Assembly (NCBI RefSeq): GCF_900289195.1
Contig: NZ_OMOH01000005.1
Location: 1-32,000, forward strand
DNA from: Propionibacterium ruminifibrarum
GTDB lineage: Bacteria; Actinomycetota; Actinomycetes; Propionibacteriales; Propionibacteriaceae
Length of the DNA: 32,000 nucleotides
Reading direction: 5' to 3'
In this document: positions 1 through 9,040 of the stretch, piece after piece
How the letters are laid out: each line of letters begins with the position of its first letter
Position numbering within the stretch: position 1 is the stretch's first letter
Translations under genes and position numbers: made by a program
Notes under the pieces: generated by a model
Databases searched by the model: none
The model's input: the letters and a program-made list of their open reading frames with translations, nothing else
What the model was told of the DNA's origin: nothing

Positions 1-55
1 GCGCCGATGGTACTGCACGCGGGAGCGTGTGGGAGAGTAGGAAACCGCCGCACAC
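1..55 (+). rRNA. rrf: 5S rRNA, 3'-terminal fragment (gene begins upstream of window)
   Basis: GCGCCGATGGTACTGCACGCGGGAGCGTGTGGGAGAGTAGGAAACCGCCGCAC matches the conserved 3' half of actinobacterial 5S rRNA (GATGGTACTG...TGGGAGAGTAGG core) as I remember it. A strong hairpin follows directly. Confidence 0.8.
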
Positions 56-67
56 ATTCCACAACGA

Positions 68-108
68 GTGTCCCCGGCCACATGCTGGCCGGGGACACCA
101 CCATTTAA
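68..108 (+). terminator. rRNA operon terminator hairpin
   Basis: 13-bp perfect stem GTGTCCCCGGCCA (68-80) / TGGCCGGGGACAC (86-98), loop CATGC, then CACCATTT. Confidence 0.6.
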
Positions 109-186
109 CAGGCGTTCTTGGTCCTCCGCGGTGCCGGACCGTGTGCCGACCCCGCGTCATGAGCGGGCCGGCGCTAGCGTGGTGCC

Positions 187-759
187 ATGAACGTCGATGA
201 TGATCTCGAGCACCGCCCCTTCGTCACGGTCGAACCGGCCGAGCGCGTGATCCGTCGTCGCAAGGGCGCCAGGGTCCTCGTCCTCGCCGAGGACCGGGTG
301 CTCCTCGAACAGGACACCGACCCGGGGCTTCCCCACCTGACCTGGTGGGTCACTCCTGGCGGGGGAGTCGACAAGGGTGAGACCTTCGCCGATGCGGCCG
401 TCCGCGAACTCCGTGAGGAGACCGGCCTCGTCGTCGCAGGGGAGGATCTCGTCGGGCCCATTGCCCGCCGTCTGACCCACCACGGCTACACCGATCAGGT
501 GCTCGTGCAGACCGAGGAGTTCTTCCTCGTCCGGACCGAGCATTTCGATGTGGACACGTCCGGTTACACCGCCGAGGAGAGACGAACCCTTCTGCGTACC
601 GCCTGGATGACCCGCGAGCAGGTGGCTGCCGCCACGGTCTGGCCCAGGAGGATCCTCGAGCTCTGGGATCTTGGCCGGGGCGACTTCGTGGACCTTGGGG
701 CTGTCGAGGAGTCGACCGTGCCACTCACCGATGAGCAGCGTGCCTTCCTGAACCTCTGA
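187..759 (+). CDS. NUDIX hydrolase
   Basis: 190-aa ORF with a complete Nudix box GGGVDKGETFADAAVRELREETGL (GX5EX7REUXEEXGU). High third-position G+C. Confidence 0.85.
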   Translation: MNVDDDLEHRPFVTVEPAERVIRRRKGARVLVLAEDRVLLEQDTDPGLPHLTWWVTPGGGVDKGETFADAAVRELREETGLVVAGEDLVGPIARRLTHHGYTDQVLVQTEEFFLVRTEHFDVDTSGYTAEERRTLLRTAWMTREQVAAATVWPRRILELWDLGRGDFVDLGAVEESTVPLTDEQRAFLNL

Positions 760-768
760 CGCGAGGCG

Positions 769-2445
769 TCAGTGGCCTTCCAGAGCCACCTCGTCGGCGG
801 TGATGATCCGGTAGGCATAGCCCTGCTCGGTGAGGAACCGTTGACGGTGCTGAGCGAAGTCCGCGTCCACCGTGTCACGAGCCACCACCGTGTAGAAGTG
901 GGCCGTGGTGTCCTGCCCCTGCCGGCCCGCGAGCCGCTGCTTGGGCCGCAGGAGCCGGCCGAGCCGCTGCGCCTCCTCCTGGCGGGAGCCGAAGGTTCCC
1001 GAGACCTGGATCGCCACCTGGGCCGCTGGCAGGTCGATGGAGAAGTTCGCCACCTTGCTGACCACGAGCAGATCGATGACGCCGTTTCGGAAGTCGTCGT
1101 AGATCCGCTGACGGTTCCTCGTCGTTGTCTCCCCGGTGATGATCGGGCAGTCCAACTCGCGTGCGAGCTCGGTGAGCTGGTCGACGTACTGGCCGATGAC
1201 GAGGGTGGGCATGCCCCGGTGGGCCTCGATGATGGACCGTACGACATCGGATTTGGCGCTGGCGGTGGAAGCCAGCCGGTACCGCACGTCGGCGTCGGCG
1301 AGGGCGTAGGCCATCCGCATGTCGTCAGGAAGGTCGACTCGCACCTCGATGCAGTCGGCCGGGGCGATGTAGCCCTGGGCCTCGATCTGCCGCCACGGGG
1401 CGTCATACCGTTTGGGCCCGATGAGGCTGAAGACGTCGGCCTCGTGACCGTCCTCGCGGACGAGGGTGGCGGTGAGCCCCAGGCGCCGGCGGGCCTGAAG
1501 ATCCGCGGTCATCCTGAAGACCGGGGCCGGCAGCAGGTGCACCTCGTCGTAGACGACGAGTCCCCAGTCACGGGCGCTGAAGAGTTCGAGGTTCGGGTGG
1601 ATGCCGTTCCGTTTGGTCGTGATGACCTGGTAGGTGGCGATCGTCACCGGGCGGATCTGTTTCTTCGCTCCCGAGTACTCGCCGATCTCGTCGGGGGTGA
1701 GGCTCGTGCGGGCGAGGAGCTCGGCCCGCCACTGGCGGGCCGAGACGGTGTTCGTCACGAGGATGAGGGTTGTCGCGCCGGTCAGGGCCATCGCCGCCGC
1801 ACCGACGATCGTCTTGCCGGCCCCGCAGGGCAGGACGACCACCCCGGAGCCGCCGTCCCAGAATGCCCTCGCCGCCTCATCCTGGTACGGACGCAGGCTC
1901 CAGCCGTCCTCGACCAGCGAGATCGGGTGGGCCTCGCCGTCCACGAAGCCGGCGACGTCCTCGGCCGGCCAGCCCAGCGCGAGGAGCACCTGTTTGAGGC
2001 GACCCCGTTCGGAAGGGTGGACGACCACCGTCGTCGTGTCGATGGCCTGGCCCAGCAGCCCCCTGGTGCGCGTGCTGCGCCGCACCTGCGTCATGACGGC
2101 CTCATCGGTCGAGGTGAGGACCAGCCCGTGCGCGGGATCCTTGTCGATGCGCAGCACCCCGTACCGCCCCATCGTCTCCGCGATCTCGATGAGCAGAGCC
2201 GACGGAACCGGGTACTTCGAGTAGGTGAGCAGCGCGTGAACGATCTGCTCGGCGTCGTGACCCGATGCGCGGGCATTCCACAGCCCCAGCGGGGTCAGGC
2301 GGTAGGTGTGGACGTGCTCCGGGGCACGTTCGAGTTCAGCGAAGGGAGCGATGGCGGCGCGGGCTTCGTTGGCCAGCGGATGCGCCACCTCGAGCAGCAC
2401 TGTGCGATCGGACTGGACGATCAGGGGGCCGTCATTGTTCATCAC
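769..2445 (-). CDS. xpb: XPB/ERCC3 (RAD25)-type superfamily-2 DNA helicase
   Basis: 558 aa. The N-terminal damage-recognition-like region (LIVQSDRTVLLEV...HTYRLTPLGLWNA) is typical of bacterial XPB. Walker A LPCGAGKT, DEVH box VYDEVHLL, helicase C region (LVVSKVANFSIDLP...QRLGRLLR). Confidence 0.9.
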   Translation of the reverse strand: MMNNDGPLIVQSDRTVLLEVAHPLANEARAAIAPFAELERAPEHVHTYRLTPLGLWNARASGHDAEQIVHALLTYSKYPVPSALLIEIAETMGRYGVLRIDKDPAHGLVLTSTDEAVMTQVRRSTRTRGLLGQAIDTTTVVVHPSERGRLKQVLLALGWPAEDVAGFVDGEAHPISLVEDGWSLRPYQDEAARAFWDGGSGVVVLPCGAGKTIVGAAAMALTGATTLILVTNTVSARQWRAELLARTSLTPDEIGEYSGAKKQIRPVTIATYQVITTKRNGIHPNLELFSARDWGLVVYDEVHLLPAPVFRMTADLQARRRLGLTATLVREDGHEADVFSLIGPKRYDAPWRQIEAQGYIAPADCIEVRVDLPDDMRMAYALADADVRYRLASTASAKSDVVRSIIEAHRGMPTLVIGQYVDQLTELARELDCPIITGETTTRNRQRIYDDFRNGVIDLLVVSKVANFSIDLPAAQVAIQVSGTFGSRQEEAQRLGRLLRPKQRLAGRQGQDTTAHFYTVVARDTVDADFAQHRQRFLTEQGYAYRIITADEVALEGH

Positions 2446-2495
2446 CGTTCAGTATGCGTCGCCTCCGCAAGCCGACGGAACTCCTCGATCCGGGG

Positions 2496-4235
2496 TCAGG
2501 CGTGCGGCTCGGTGAGCTGCCTGGGCAGGCAGCTGTTGAGCAATGCATCGCCGGACAGGTTCGGGTAGAGGCTGGAGCAGACCGCCAGCCCGGCGTCGTA
2601 GCTGTCGATGCCCCCCGGGTCGGCGATGGTCACCCAGGTGTCCTCGGGCAGCGAGAAGATCTGCTTGCCGAAGTCGCCGCCCTTGAGCAGCAGCACGTTG
2701 CGGATGCCGTGGGCGGTGGTGTACTGGACGTTCTCCTGATACCTGTCGTAGATGTCGGGAAGCGTGAAGGTGTGCGAACCGTCCGCGGTCGTCTGCTGCG
2801 GGTCGTAGATGCCCTCGTACTTGCTGTCGATCTGCAGCACCCAGCGGCCGTCGAGCACCAGGTTCTGCATGCTGCGGTTGCGCGCGTCGTTCAGCTCGTT
2901 GAGGGCCTGAGTGCGTTCATCGACCGTGGGCGTCGGTGTCGGGGTGGGGGTCGGCGTCGGGGTCTCGTCGGTGGCCGAGGCGGCGGGCTCGGACGAGGCC
3001 GTGCCCCCCGCGTCGTCGCGGCTCTTGAACAGGACGACGCCGACGACGATCGCGGCCACCAGCAGCGCGGCCAGGACGATGATGATCGCCGTCTTGACGC
3101 CGCCGCCCCCCTTCGGCGTCTGCGGCGGTGCGGCCTGCGGGGCGCCCTGGAAGGTGCCGTTCGGCGAGTAGCCGGACTGGGCGCCGGGGAAACCGATCGC
3201 GCTCAGCCCGACCGCGCTGCCACCCGGCCAGGCCGGGGTGCCTGACGTCGCGGCGCCGCTGGCCCAGCCCGAGGCGCCGGTGCCCTGCCCGGTTCCGCTG
3301 CCGAGCATCGTCGCCGCCAGGCCGGGAGCCAGGACGGTGCTGTTCGGGACGTCGACCGGGGTCGCCGGGGGTGGGGTCCGCAGGGGCGTCAGGGCGGGCA
3401 GGTCCAGGGTCTGGTCGCTCGCCTCGCGGAGTGCGTGCGCGGCCTGGGCGGCGGACTCCGGGCGGCGGGAGGGGTCCTTGCGCGTCAGCCAGACCAGGAT
3501 GTCCCAGATCCGGTCGTCCAAGCCATCCGGCCGTCCGGGGTCGAAACTCAGCTGCGCCTGCATCGCCGCCGCCGGATTCCGGTCGCTGAAGGGCGTGACG
3601 CCGGTGATCAGCTCGTACAGCATGATGCCGAGCGAGTAGAGGTCGCTTGCCGGTGTGGGCGTCTGGTTCATGAGCAGTTCAGGCGCCATGTAGTGCGGGG
3701 TGCCGGCGACCATCGTCGGGTTGGCCGCGCCGAGACCGGTCTCGGACAGTCTGGACACCCCGAAGTCCGTGATGCGTGGGACGAGTTCGGTGCCGGTCTC
3801 GTCGACGAGGACGTTGGCGGGTTTCATGTCCCGGTGAACGATGTGCTGCTCGTGGATCGCCTGCAGCCCCTCGGCCAGTTCCGCGCACACGAAGGCGGCG
3901 TCGGACTGGGTGAAGGTTCCCGCACTCTTGAGCATCTGGCGCAGATCGCGGCCCTCGACGATGTCCATGATGATCGCCAGGGTGTCCCCCTCGACGACGA
4001 GATCGTGGACGCCCACGACGTTGGGGTGGTGCACGCTGAGCAACAGGTTGCGCTCGGAGACGAAGCGCTTCACCATTTCGGTGTTCTCGCTGATGCTCGG
4101 CCGGAGGATCTTCGCCGCGTAGAGGTTCCCCTCGGCGTCCTTCGCCCGCCAGACCTCGCCCATTGCGCCGTCGTTGATGTGGGAAACCAGCGTGTAGCGG
4201 CTTCCCAGGGGCTCGTCGGGGCTGTGCGTCGTCAC
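2496..4235 (-). CDS. Transmembrane Ser/Thr protein kinase (Hanks type) with extracytoplasmic domain of unknown family
   Basis: 579 aa, GTG start. Kinase motifs: GAMGEVWRA...AAK (ATP site), HRDMKPANVL, DFG, APE. Ala/Gly/Pro-rich linker, one TM helix (AIIIVLAALLVAAIVVGVVLF), a (TP)n spacer, then a ~150-aa C-terminal domain. Confidence 0.9.
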   Translation of the reverse strand: MTTHSPDEPLGSRYTLVSHINDGAMGEVWRAKDAEGNLYAAKILRPSISENTEMVKRFVSERNLLLSVHHPNVVGVHDLVVEGDTLAIIMDIVEGRDLRQMLKSAGTFTQSDAAFVCAELAEGLQAIHEQHIVHRDMKPANVLVDETGTELVPRITDFGVSRLSETGLGAANPTMVAGTPHYMAPELLMNQTPTPASDLYSLGIMLYELITGVTPFSDRNPAAAMQAQLSFDPGRPDGLDDRIWDILVWLTRKDPSRRPESAAQAAHALREASDQTLDLPALTPLRTPPPATPVDVPNSTVLAPGLAATMLGSGTGQGTGASGWASGAATSGTPAWPGGSAVGLSAIGFPGAQSGYSPNGTFQGAPQAAPPQTPKGGGGVKTAIIIVLAALLVAAIVVGVVLFKSRDDAGGTASSEPAASATDETPTPTPTPTPTPTVDERTQALNELNDARNRSMQNLVLDGRWVLQIDSKYEGIYDPQQTTADGSHTFTLPDIYDRYQENVQYTTAHGIRNVLLLKGGDFGKQIFSLPEDTWVTIADPGGIDSYDAGLAVCSSLYPNLSGDALLNSCLPRQLTEPHA

Positions 4236-4396
4236 GGTGCCTCTTCGTGGGGTGGGATACTGATGGGTGTGCCCGCGTGGGCACGAGGCCAGCGCAGACG
4301 AGCGCCGTCAGGCGCCCCCTGACATAGTACGGTAGAGCGGCTCAGGGGCGACAGGGTGGAGGCCACAGTGTCACACCCAGCAGGGGAGTGACAGGG

Positions 4397-6853
4397 ATGA
4401 ATGAACCCGCGGAGCATGCGGATGGCGTCGTCGCCGTCGTCGAGGCCGGACCCATTCGCTACCCCCTTTCCGCGGGCGCGACCGTCAGGATCGGCCGCGA
4501 TCCGGGCAGCGACATCGTCGTGAACCACCCCCTCGCCTCGCGGCGTCATGCCCAGGTCAGTGCCGACCACTCCGGTACGGTTCTGGTCCGCGATCTGGGC
4601 AGCGCCAACGGCAGTTTCGCCGCCGGCCGGCGTGTCTCGGAGGCGGCCGTCGCGGCGAACATGGTGCTGAACCTCGGTGCGGTCGACGGCCCTGCCGTCA
4701 CCATCACGCGCACCGTGGTGCCGGCCGGGGCGCCCGGGCAGGCACCTGATGCCGGCGCGAAGGTGGACTCGATCATCCCGCTGGCGGCCCCCCGCTTCGG
4801 TGCCGACACCCCGGGTGGGCCGACCGCGCTCGGGCCGCTGAACCCGGTCACCGCAGCGGGAACGGGGGCGGTCGGTGTCGTCCGGGACGCTGCCGCCGGG
4901 GAGGGCTCCGGCGAGACCGTGCTCGTCACCGCGGACAGGGTGGCCCGAGGTGAATCGATCACAATAGGCAGGGCGCCCTCGAACACCATCGTCCTGGACG
5001 ACCCGCTCGTCTCACGCCACCACGCCAGGCTGACCGGCAGCCCCCAGGACGGCTACCGCGTCGAGGACCTCTCCAGCCTCAACGGTGTCCAGATCAACGG
5101 CCACCCCGCGCCGAGCGGCAGTATCTTCCGTGCCGGTGACCGGCTCGGTGTCGGTCGCACCACGCTACTCATCAGCGACGGCCGCATCATCACCCCCGAG
5201 CCGGCCCAGACGGCGCTCATCGCCGACGAACTGGGGTTCGCCATCACGAGTCACCGCAAGCGCAAGGTCCTGCTCGACCAGGTGAGTTTCCAGGTTCACG
5301 TGGGATCGCTGGTGGCCGTCATCGGCCCGTCGGGGGCCGGTAAGTCGACGTTGCTGCGCGCCATCACCGGCTCCCAGCCGGCCACGAGCGGTCGTGTCAT
5401 CTACCGCGGCGCCGACCTGTACGAGAACTTCGCCAATCTGCGCCAGCGCATCGGCGTCGTTCCGCAGGACGACGTCGTGCACCGCAGGCTCACCGTTCGC
5501 AAGGCCCTGCGCTACGCGGCGCAGCTGCGCCTGCCTGCCGATTACGACGCGCAGGCCCGCGAACACGAGGTCAACCGGGTCATCGACGACCTCGGCCTCA
5601 CCGAGCACGCCGACACCCTCATCAGCCGGATCTCGGGGGGCCAGCGCAAACGTGTCTCCGTCGCCCTCGAACTGCTCACTCAGCCGGAGCTGCTGCTGCT
5701 CGACGAACCCACCTCTGGTCTCGACCCGGGAATGGACAAGTCCGTCATGGAGCTGCTGCGCGCCCAGGCCGACGGGGGCCGCGCGGTGCTCGTCGTGACG
5801 CACAGCACGGACAATCTCTCGCTGTGCGACCAGGTGCTCATCCTGGCCCCCGGCGGGGGAGTCGCCTACTTCGGCCCGCCCTCGGATGTGCTCGCCTACT
5901 TCGGCGCCCCGCGGTACGCGGAGGTCTTCCAGTCCCTGTCGGACGACCCTGCCCGGCACATCAACCGGTACCGGCAGCTGTACCCGAGCACGCCCGTGCC
6001 GGCGCCCTCCCCGTCGCCCGGGATGGCCAAACCCCCGCTGCAGCGACGCGGACGCCAGTGGCGGACCCTCATCTCACGCCAGCTCGCGGTCATCGCCTCG
6101 GACCGTTCCTACGCGGTCTCGACGCTTCTTCTGCCGGTCATCGTCGGGCTGATGGCGCTGGCCATCCCCGGCGACGGCGGTTTCGGGGTGCCCGGCCCCG
6201 ACAACCCGGGTGAACCCAACCAGCTGCTCGTCATCATCATCGTCGGAGCCGGCTTCATGGGCATGGCGGCCACCATCCGCGAGCTGATCGGAGAACGCGC
6301 CATCTTCCTGCGCGAGCGCGCAGTGGGGTTGTCGCCGGTGATCTACACGGGCGCGAAGATCTTCGTGCTGTTCATCCTGACGCTCATCCAGAGCGCGCTG
6401 CTGGTGTCCGTCGTGCGCATCGGCAAGACCGGCCCCCAGGAGGGCATCTGGACCGACGGAACCATCGAGCTGGCCATCGCCGCATTCGGCACCGCCTTCG
6501 CCTCCGGCATGATCGGGCTGCTCCTGTCGGCCGTCGTCACCAGCTCCGAGCAGACGATGCCGGCCCTGGTCATTGCGGTCATGGCACAGCTCGTGCTGTG
6601 CGGTGGTCTCATCGAGGTCACCGGCCGCACGGTGATGGAGACCGTCGCCGCCATCGCGCCGAGCCGTTGGGGTTACGGGCAGGCCTCCGCGACCATCGAC
6701 CTGCGGCAGCTCAACCCGCAGGTCGCCGACGACGCCCTGTGGGAGCACGCCACGGGGGCGTGGTCGCACGGGCTCATCGGCCTGGCCGCGATCAGCGTCG
6801 TCGCCGGCATCCTCACACTCGTGCGCCTCACGAGACAGCGGTCGTCCGTGTGA
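4397..6853 (+). CDS. ABC transporter: two N-terminal FHA domains, ATPase and ABC-2/ABCG-type permease fused (Rv1747-like architecture)
   Basis: FHA1 RIGRDPGSDIVV..SRRHAQV..GSANGSF. FHA2 TIGRAPSNTIVL..SRHHARL..SLNGVQING. Walker A GPSGAGKST, signature SGGQRKRVSVA, Walker B LLLLDEPTSGLD. About six C-terminal TM helices. ATG at 4397 preceded by GGGGAG; the ORF opens at 4388. Confidence 0.9.
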   Translation: MNEPAEHADGVVAVVEAGPIRYPLSAGATVRIGRDPGSDIVVNHPLASRRHAQVSADHSGTVLVRDLGSANGSFAAGRRVSEAAVAANMVLNLGAVDGPAVTITRTVVPAGAPGQAPDAGAKVDSIIPLAAPRFGADTPGGPTALGPLNPVTAAGTGAVGVVRDAAAGEGSGETVLVTADRVARGESITIGRAPSNTIVLDDPLVSRHHARLTGSPQDGYRVEDLSSLNGVQINGHPAPSGSIFRAGDRLGVGRTTLLISDGRIITPEPAQTALIADELGFAITSHRKRKVLLDQVSFQVHVGSLVAVIGPSGAGKSTLLRAITGSQPATSGRVIYRGADLYENFANLRQRIGVVPQDDVVHRRLTVRKALRYAAQLRLPADYDAQAREHEVNRVIDDLGLTEHADTLISRISGGQRKRVSVALELLTQPELLLLDEPTSGLDPGMDKSVMELLRAQADGGRAVLVVTHSTDNLSLCDQVLILAPGGGVAYFGPPSDVLAYFGAPRYAEVFQSLSDDPARHINRYRQLYPSTPVPAPSPSPGMAKPPLQRRGRQWRTLISRQLAVIASDRSYAVSTLLLPVIVGLMALAIPGDGGFGVPGPDNPGEPNQLLVIIIVGAGFMGMAATIRELIGERAIFLRERAVGLSPVIYTGAKIFVLFILTLIQSALLVSVVRIGKTGPQEGIWTDGTIELAIAAFGTAFASGMIGLLLSAVVTSSEQTMPALVIAVMAQLVLCGGLIEVTGRTVMETVAAIAPSRWGYGQASATIDLRQLNPQVADDALWEHATGAWSHGLIGLAAISVVAGILTLVRLTRQRSSV

Positions 6854-6859
6854 TCGGGG

Positions 6860-9040
6860 TCATTCCCCAGCCGTTTCCGCCTCGGCCCTGACCGAGACGA
6901 TCCTGGCCAGCGGCAGGCTGATCCGCCCGGCCGCGCGGCGAACGAGGTGCGCGACCCCTGCCGACATCGACAGCACCCGCATGAGATGGCTCTGCGGCGC
7001 ACCATCGTCGTCGACCCAGTCGACATCCACCCACGAGTCGGTGTCGTGCGCCCGGGTCAGCTCGGACCAGATCTGCCCGGCGGTCATGCCACCGGGTGCC
7101 TTCCCCGTCAGCGCCTGGGCGAGGCGTTTCACATCGACCGGCCTGGCGGCGGAGCCGGCGGCGGGGGTAGGCGCCCTCCGCGGCGCGGGGGTCGTGTAGG
7201 GCTCCCCGCTGGGCCGTTCGGCCACCGGGGCGAATCCCATGGCTTGAAGCGCCGCCACGAGTTCGGCCGGCTCCGCCGCCGCAGTGATGACACCGGGGGC
7301 CAGCTCGCGCAGCCCGAGCTCCGCGGCGCCCGCGTCGGCCAGGATCGCAGCGGCACCGCTCGGATCCGCGACCTGGACGACCGACCCCACCGGGATGACC
7401 CGCACCGCGCCATGGGTCCGGGCGGTGTCGGCGATGAGTGCCGACAGCGGACCCGGCAGGGGGGCGTCGGGTCCGGCCGCGCTGTGCGCGCGCAACCAGC
7501 CGACGATCGTCTCGGCCGACCAGCCGGCATCCAGCGCCCGGCCGATCGAGGCCCGGGTGAACCGGAAGGTCGCCGCGGCTCCGTGCGACTCGCGGTCGGC
7601 GAGCTCGCCGATCACGTGGGCCGTCTCGTGGTCGAGCGGGGCGGGAGCGACCGCCGTCAGATCCGACTGCATCATCAACGAGTCGCCGAAGTCGGCGAAA
7701 CCGGGGTCGGGCGCCGCCGGATCGTTCACCGTGCGGACGAGCACGGTCGTCCGGTCGAAGGCGAGCAGACCGAGCCAGCGGGCCTCGGCGATGAGCTCTC
7801 CCGCGTACCGCTGCCACAGCTCCTGGTGACCGGCGCTGACCAGCCCAGGCCTGCGCCAGGCCAGGCGCTCGGCGAGCGAGTTCTCGTCAACGGCCGTGCC
7901 CGGCGCCGCCGCCGAGAGTTCGGTGAGCACGGCGGACCGCAGTGCCGCAGCGCGCGGCTCGGCACGCCCGGGCCACCAGCCGAGGCCGGTCCACGCCGCA
8001 GCCAGCGTGCGCCAGCGTTCATGGCCGGGGCGGTCCAGGAAATCGTCGTAGGCGGTCGTTGCGAGCCACGCGCGCCCGTGCGCCGTGAGCAGTCCCGCGT
8101 GACGCACCAGGGCCAGGAGGAAACGGCTCTCGCTGGGCTCGTCGTCGACGCCCTCACCGAGGACGCGAGCCACGCCGGTCAGGTCGCGTTTGGACATCTC
8201 CCCGCTGGCGAGCGGCCTCGGGGCCCGGGTGCCGAGATCGTCGAGCACCACCTCGACGTGGCTGATGAACTCCTGCGCCGAGCCGATGGCCGCCCTGTCG
8301 AGCAGGTCGGGGCCGAGGCTCGCTCCGAGCGCACCGGCCGCCGGGGGCCAGTCGGGCACCCGGGCCGGCGGCACGTTCTGGACGTACCGTCCCCCGCGCA
8401 GGTGCAGGGCGACCTCGCGGGGAAGGATCACCTGGTCCGGGCCCGTCGGAACGAGGAGGCCGTGGGCGAGCAGCAGGTCCATCGTCGACTCGGCGTCGTC
8501 CGGGCTCACCGGGCGATCGGCTCGGCGCACCGTGCCGTTCGGCGGTCCCCACTGGAGGCGGCGCAGCACCCGCGCACCGTCCTCGCCGACCGCCTCCAGC
8601 CCGGCCCGGATGGCCGTCTCGGACAGCGGCCTGGCCGAGGCCGGCGCCAGCCCGCAGGGGTAGGGGCCGAAGACGGCCCGTGCCGCCTGGGTCAGGGCAG
8701 CGGGCTCGCCCCAGGCAAGCGCCAGGTCGGTCAGGCGGGTGAGCGCATCCGCGATCTCGTCGTCGCGCCCGCTCACGCCGAGCCCGCCGGACAGGCGTTC
8801 AACGGTGGCTGCGGCGCCGCCGGCCTCGCATGCCGCCATGGCGTGGGCGATGCACAGGACCCACGCATCGACGCCTTCGAGCGCACGCGCGGCCGATGGG
8901 CGAGCCGATGCCCGCTCCGCCAGGTCCGTGATGTCACGCGGGGCGGGGCTGGCCAGGTCGGGGCGGGCCCGCAGCAGATACTCGAGTTCCTGCGCCGTCC
9001 ACTGCTGGAGGCTGGCCGCCAGCGAGCGGGGGGTGCTCAC
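6860..9040 (-). CDS. Helicase-associated domain protein (conserved actinobacterial partner of XPB; Rv0862c-like)
   Basis: 726-aa ORF with strong GC3 bias. By size, composition and context it resembles the ~750-aa protein that normally sits directly upstream of XPB in actinobacteria. No catalytic motif recognised. GTG start overlaps the upstream gene's stop (GTGA). Confidence 0.6.
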   Translation of the reverse strand: MSTPRSLAASLQQWTAQELEYLLRARPDLASPAPRDITDLAERASARPSAARALEGVDAWVLCIAHAMAACEAGGAAATVERLSGGLGVSGRDDEIADALTRLTDLALAWGEPAALTQAARAVFGPYPCGLAPASARPLSETAIRAGLEAVGEDGARVLRRLQWGPPNGTVRRADRPVSPDDAESTMDLLLAHGLLVPTGPDQVILPREVALHLRGGRYVQNVPPARVPDWPPAAGALGASLGPDLLDRAAIGSAQEFISHVEVVLDDLGTRAPRPLASGEMSKRDLTGVARVLGEGVDDEPSESRFLLALVRHAGLLTAHGRAWLATTAYDDFLDRPGHERWRTLAAAWTGLGWWPGRAEPRAAALRSAVLTELSAAAPGTAVDENSLAERLAWRRPGLVSAGHQELWQRYAGELIAEARWLGLLAFDRTTVLVRTVNDPAAPDPGFADFGDSLMMQSDLTAVAPAPLDHETAHVIGELADRESHGAAATFRFTRASIGRALDAGWSAETIVGWLRAHSAAGPDAPLPGPLSALIADTARTHGAVRVIPVGSVVQVADPSGAAAILADAGAAELGLRELAPGVITAAAEPAELVAALQAMGFAPVAERPSGEPYTTPAPRRAPTPAAGSAARPVDVKRLAQALTGKAPGGMTAGQIWSELTRAHDTDSWVDVDWVDDDGAPQSHLMRVLSMSAGVAHLVRRAAGRISLPLARIVSVRAEAETAGE

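Noticed and set aside
772-2568. Very long ORFs antisense to or overlapping the called genes (e.g. 772-2568 +, 2265-3245 +, 5165-5959 -, 6947-9067 +, 11749-12726 -, 17701-18636 -, 23119-24075 -, 28297-29121 -, 29593-30258 -).
   Set aside because: They are typical high-G+C shadow ORFs. They are Arg/Gly/Pro/Ala-rich low-complexity translations without motifs, and they lie opposite genes with clear family signatures and proper GC3 bias.
2926-2964. Short GGTGTCGG/GGGGTGGG-type tandem repeat, checked as a possible microsatellite or CRISPR-like element.
   Set aside because: It is simply the coding sequence of the (Thr-Pro)n linker of the kinase on the opposite strand. There is no spacer-repeat organisation.
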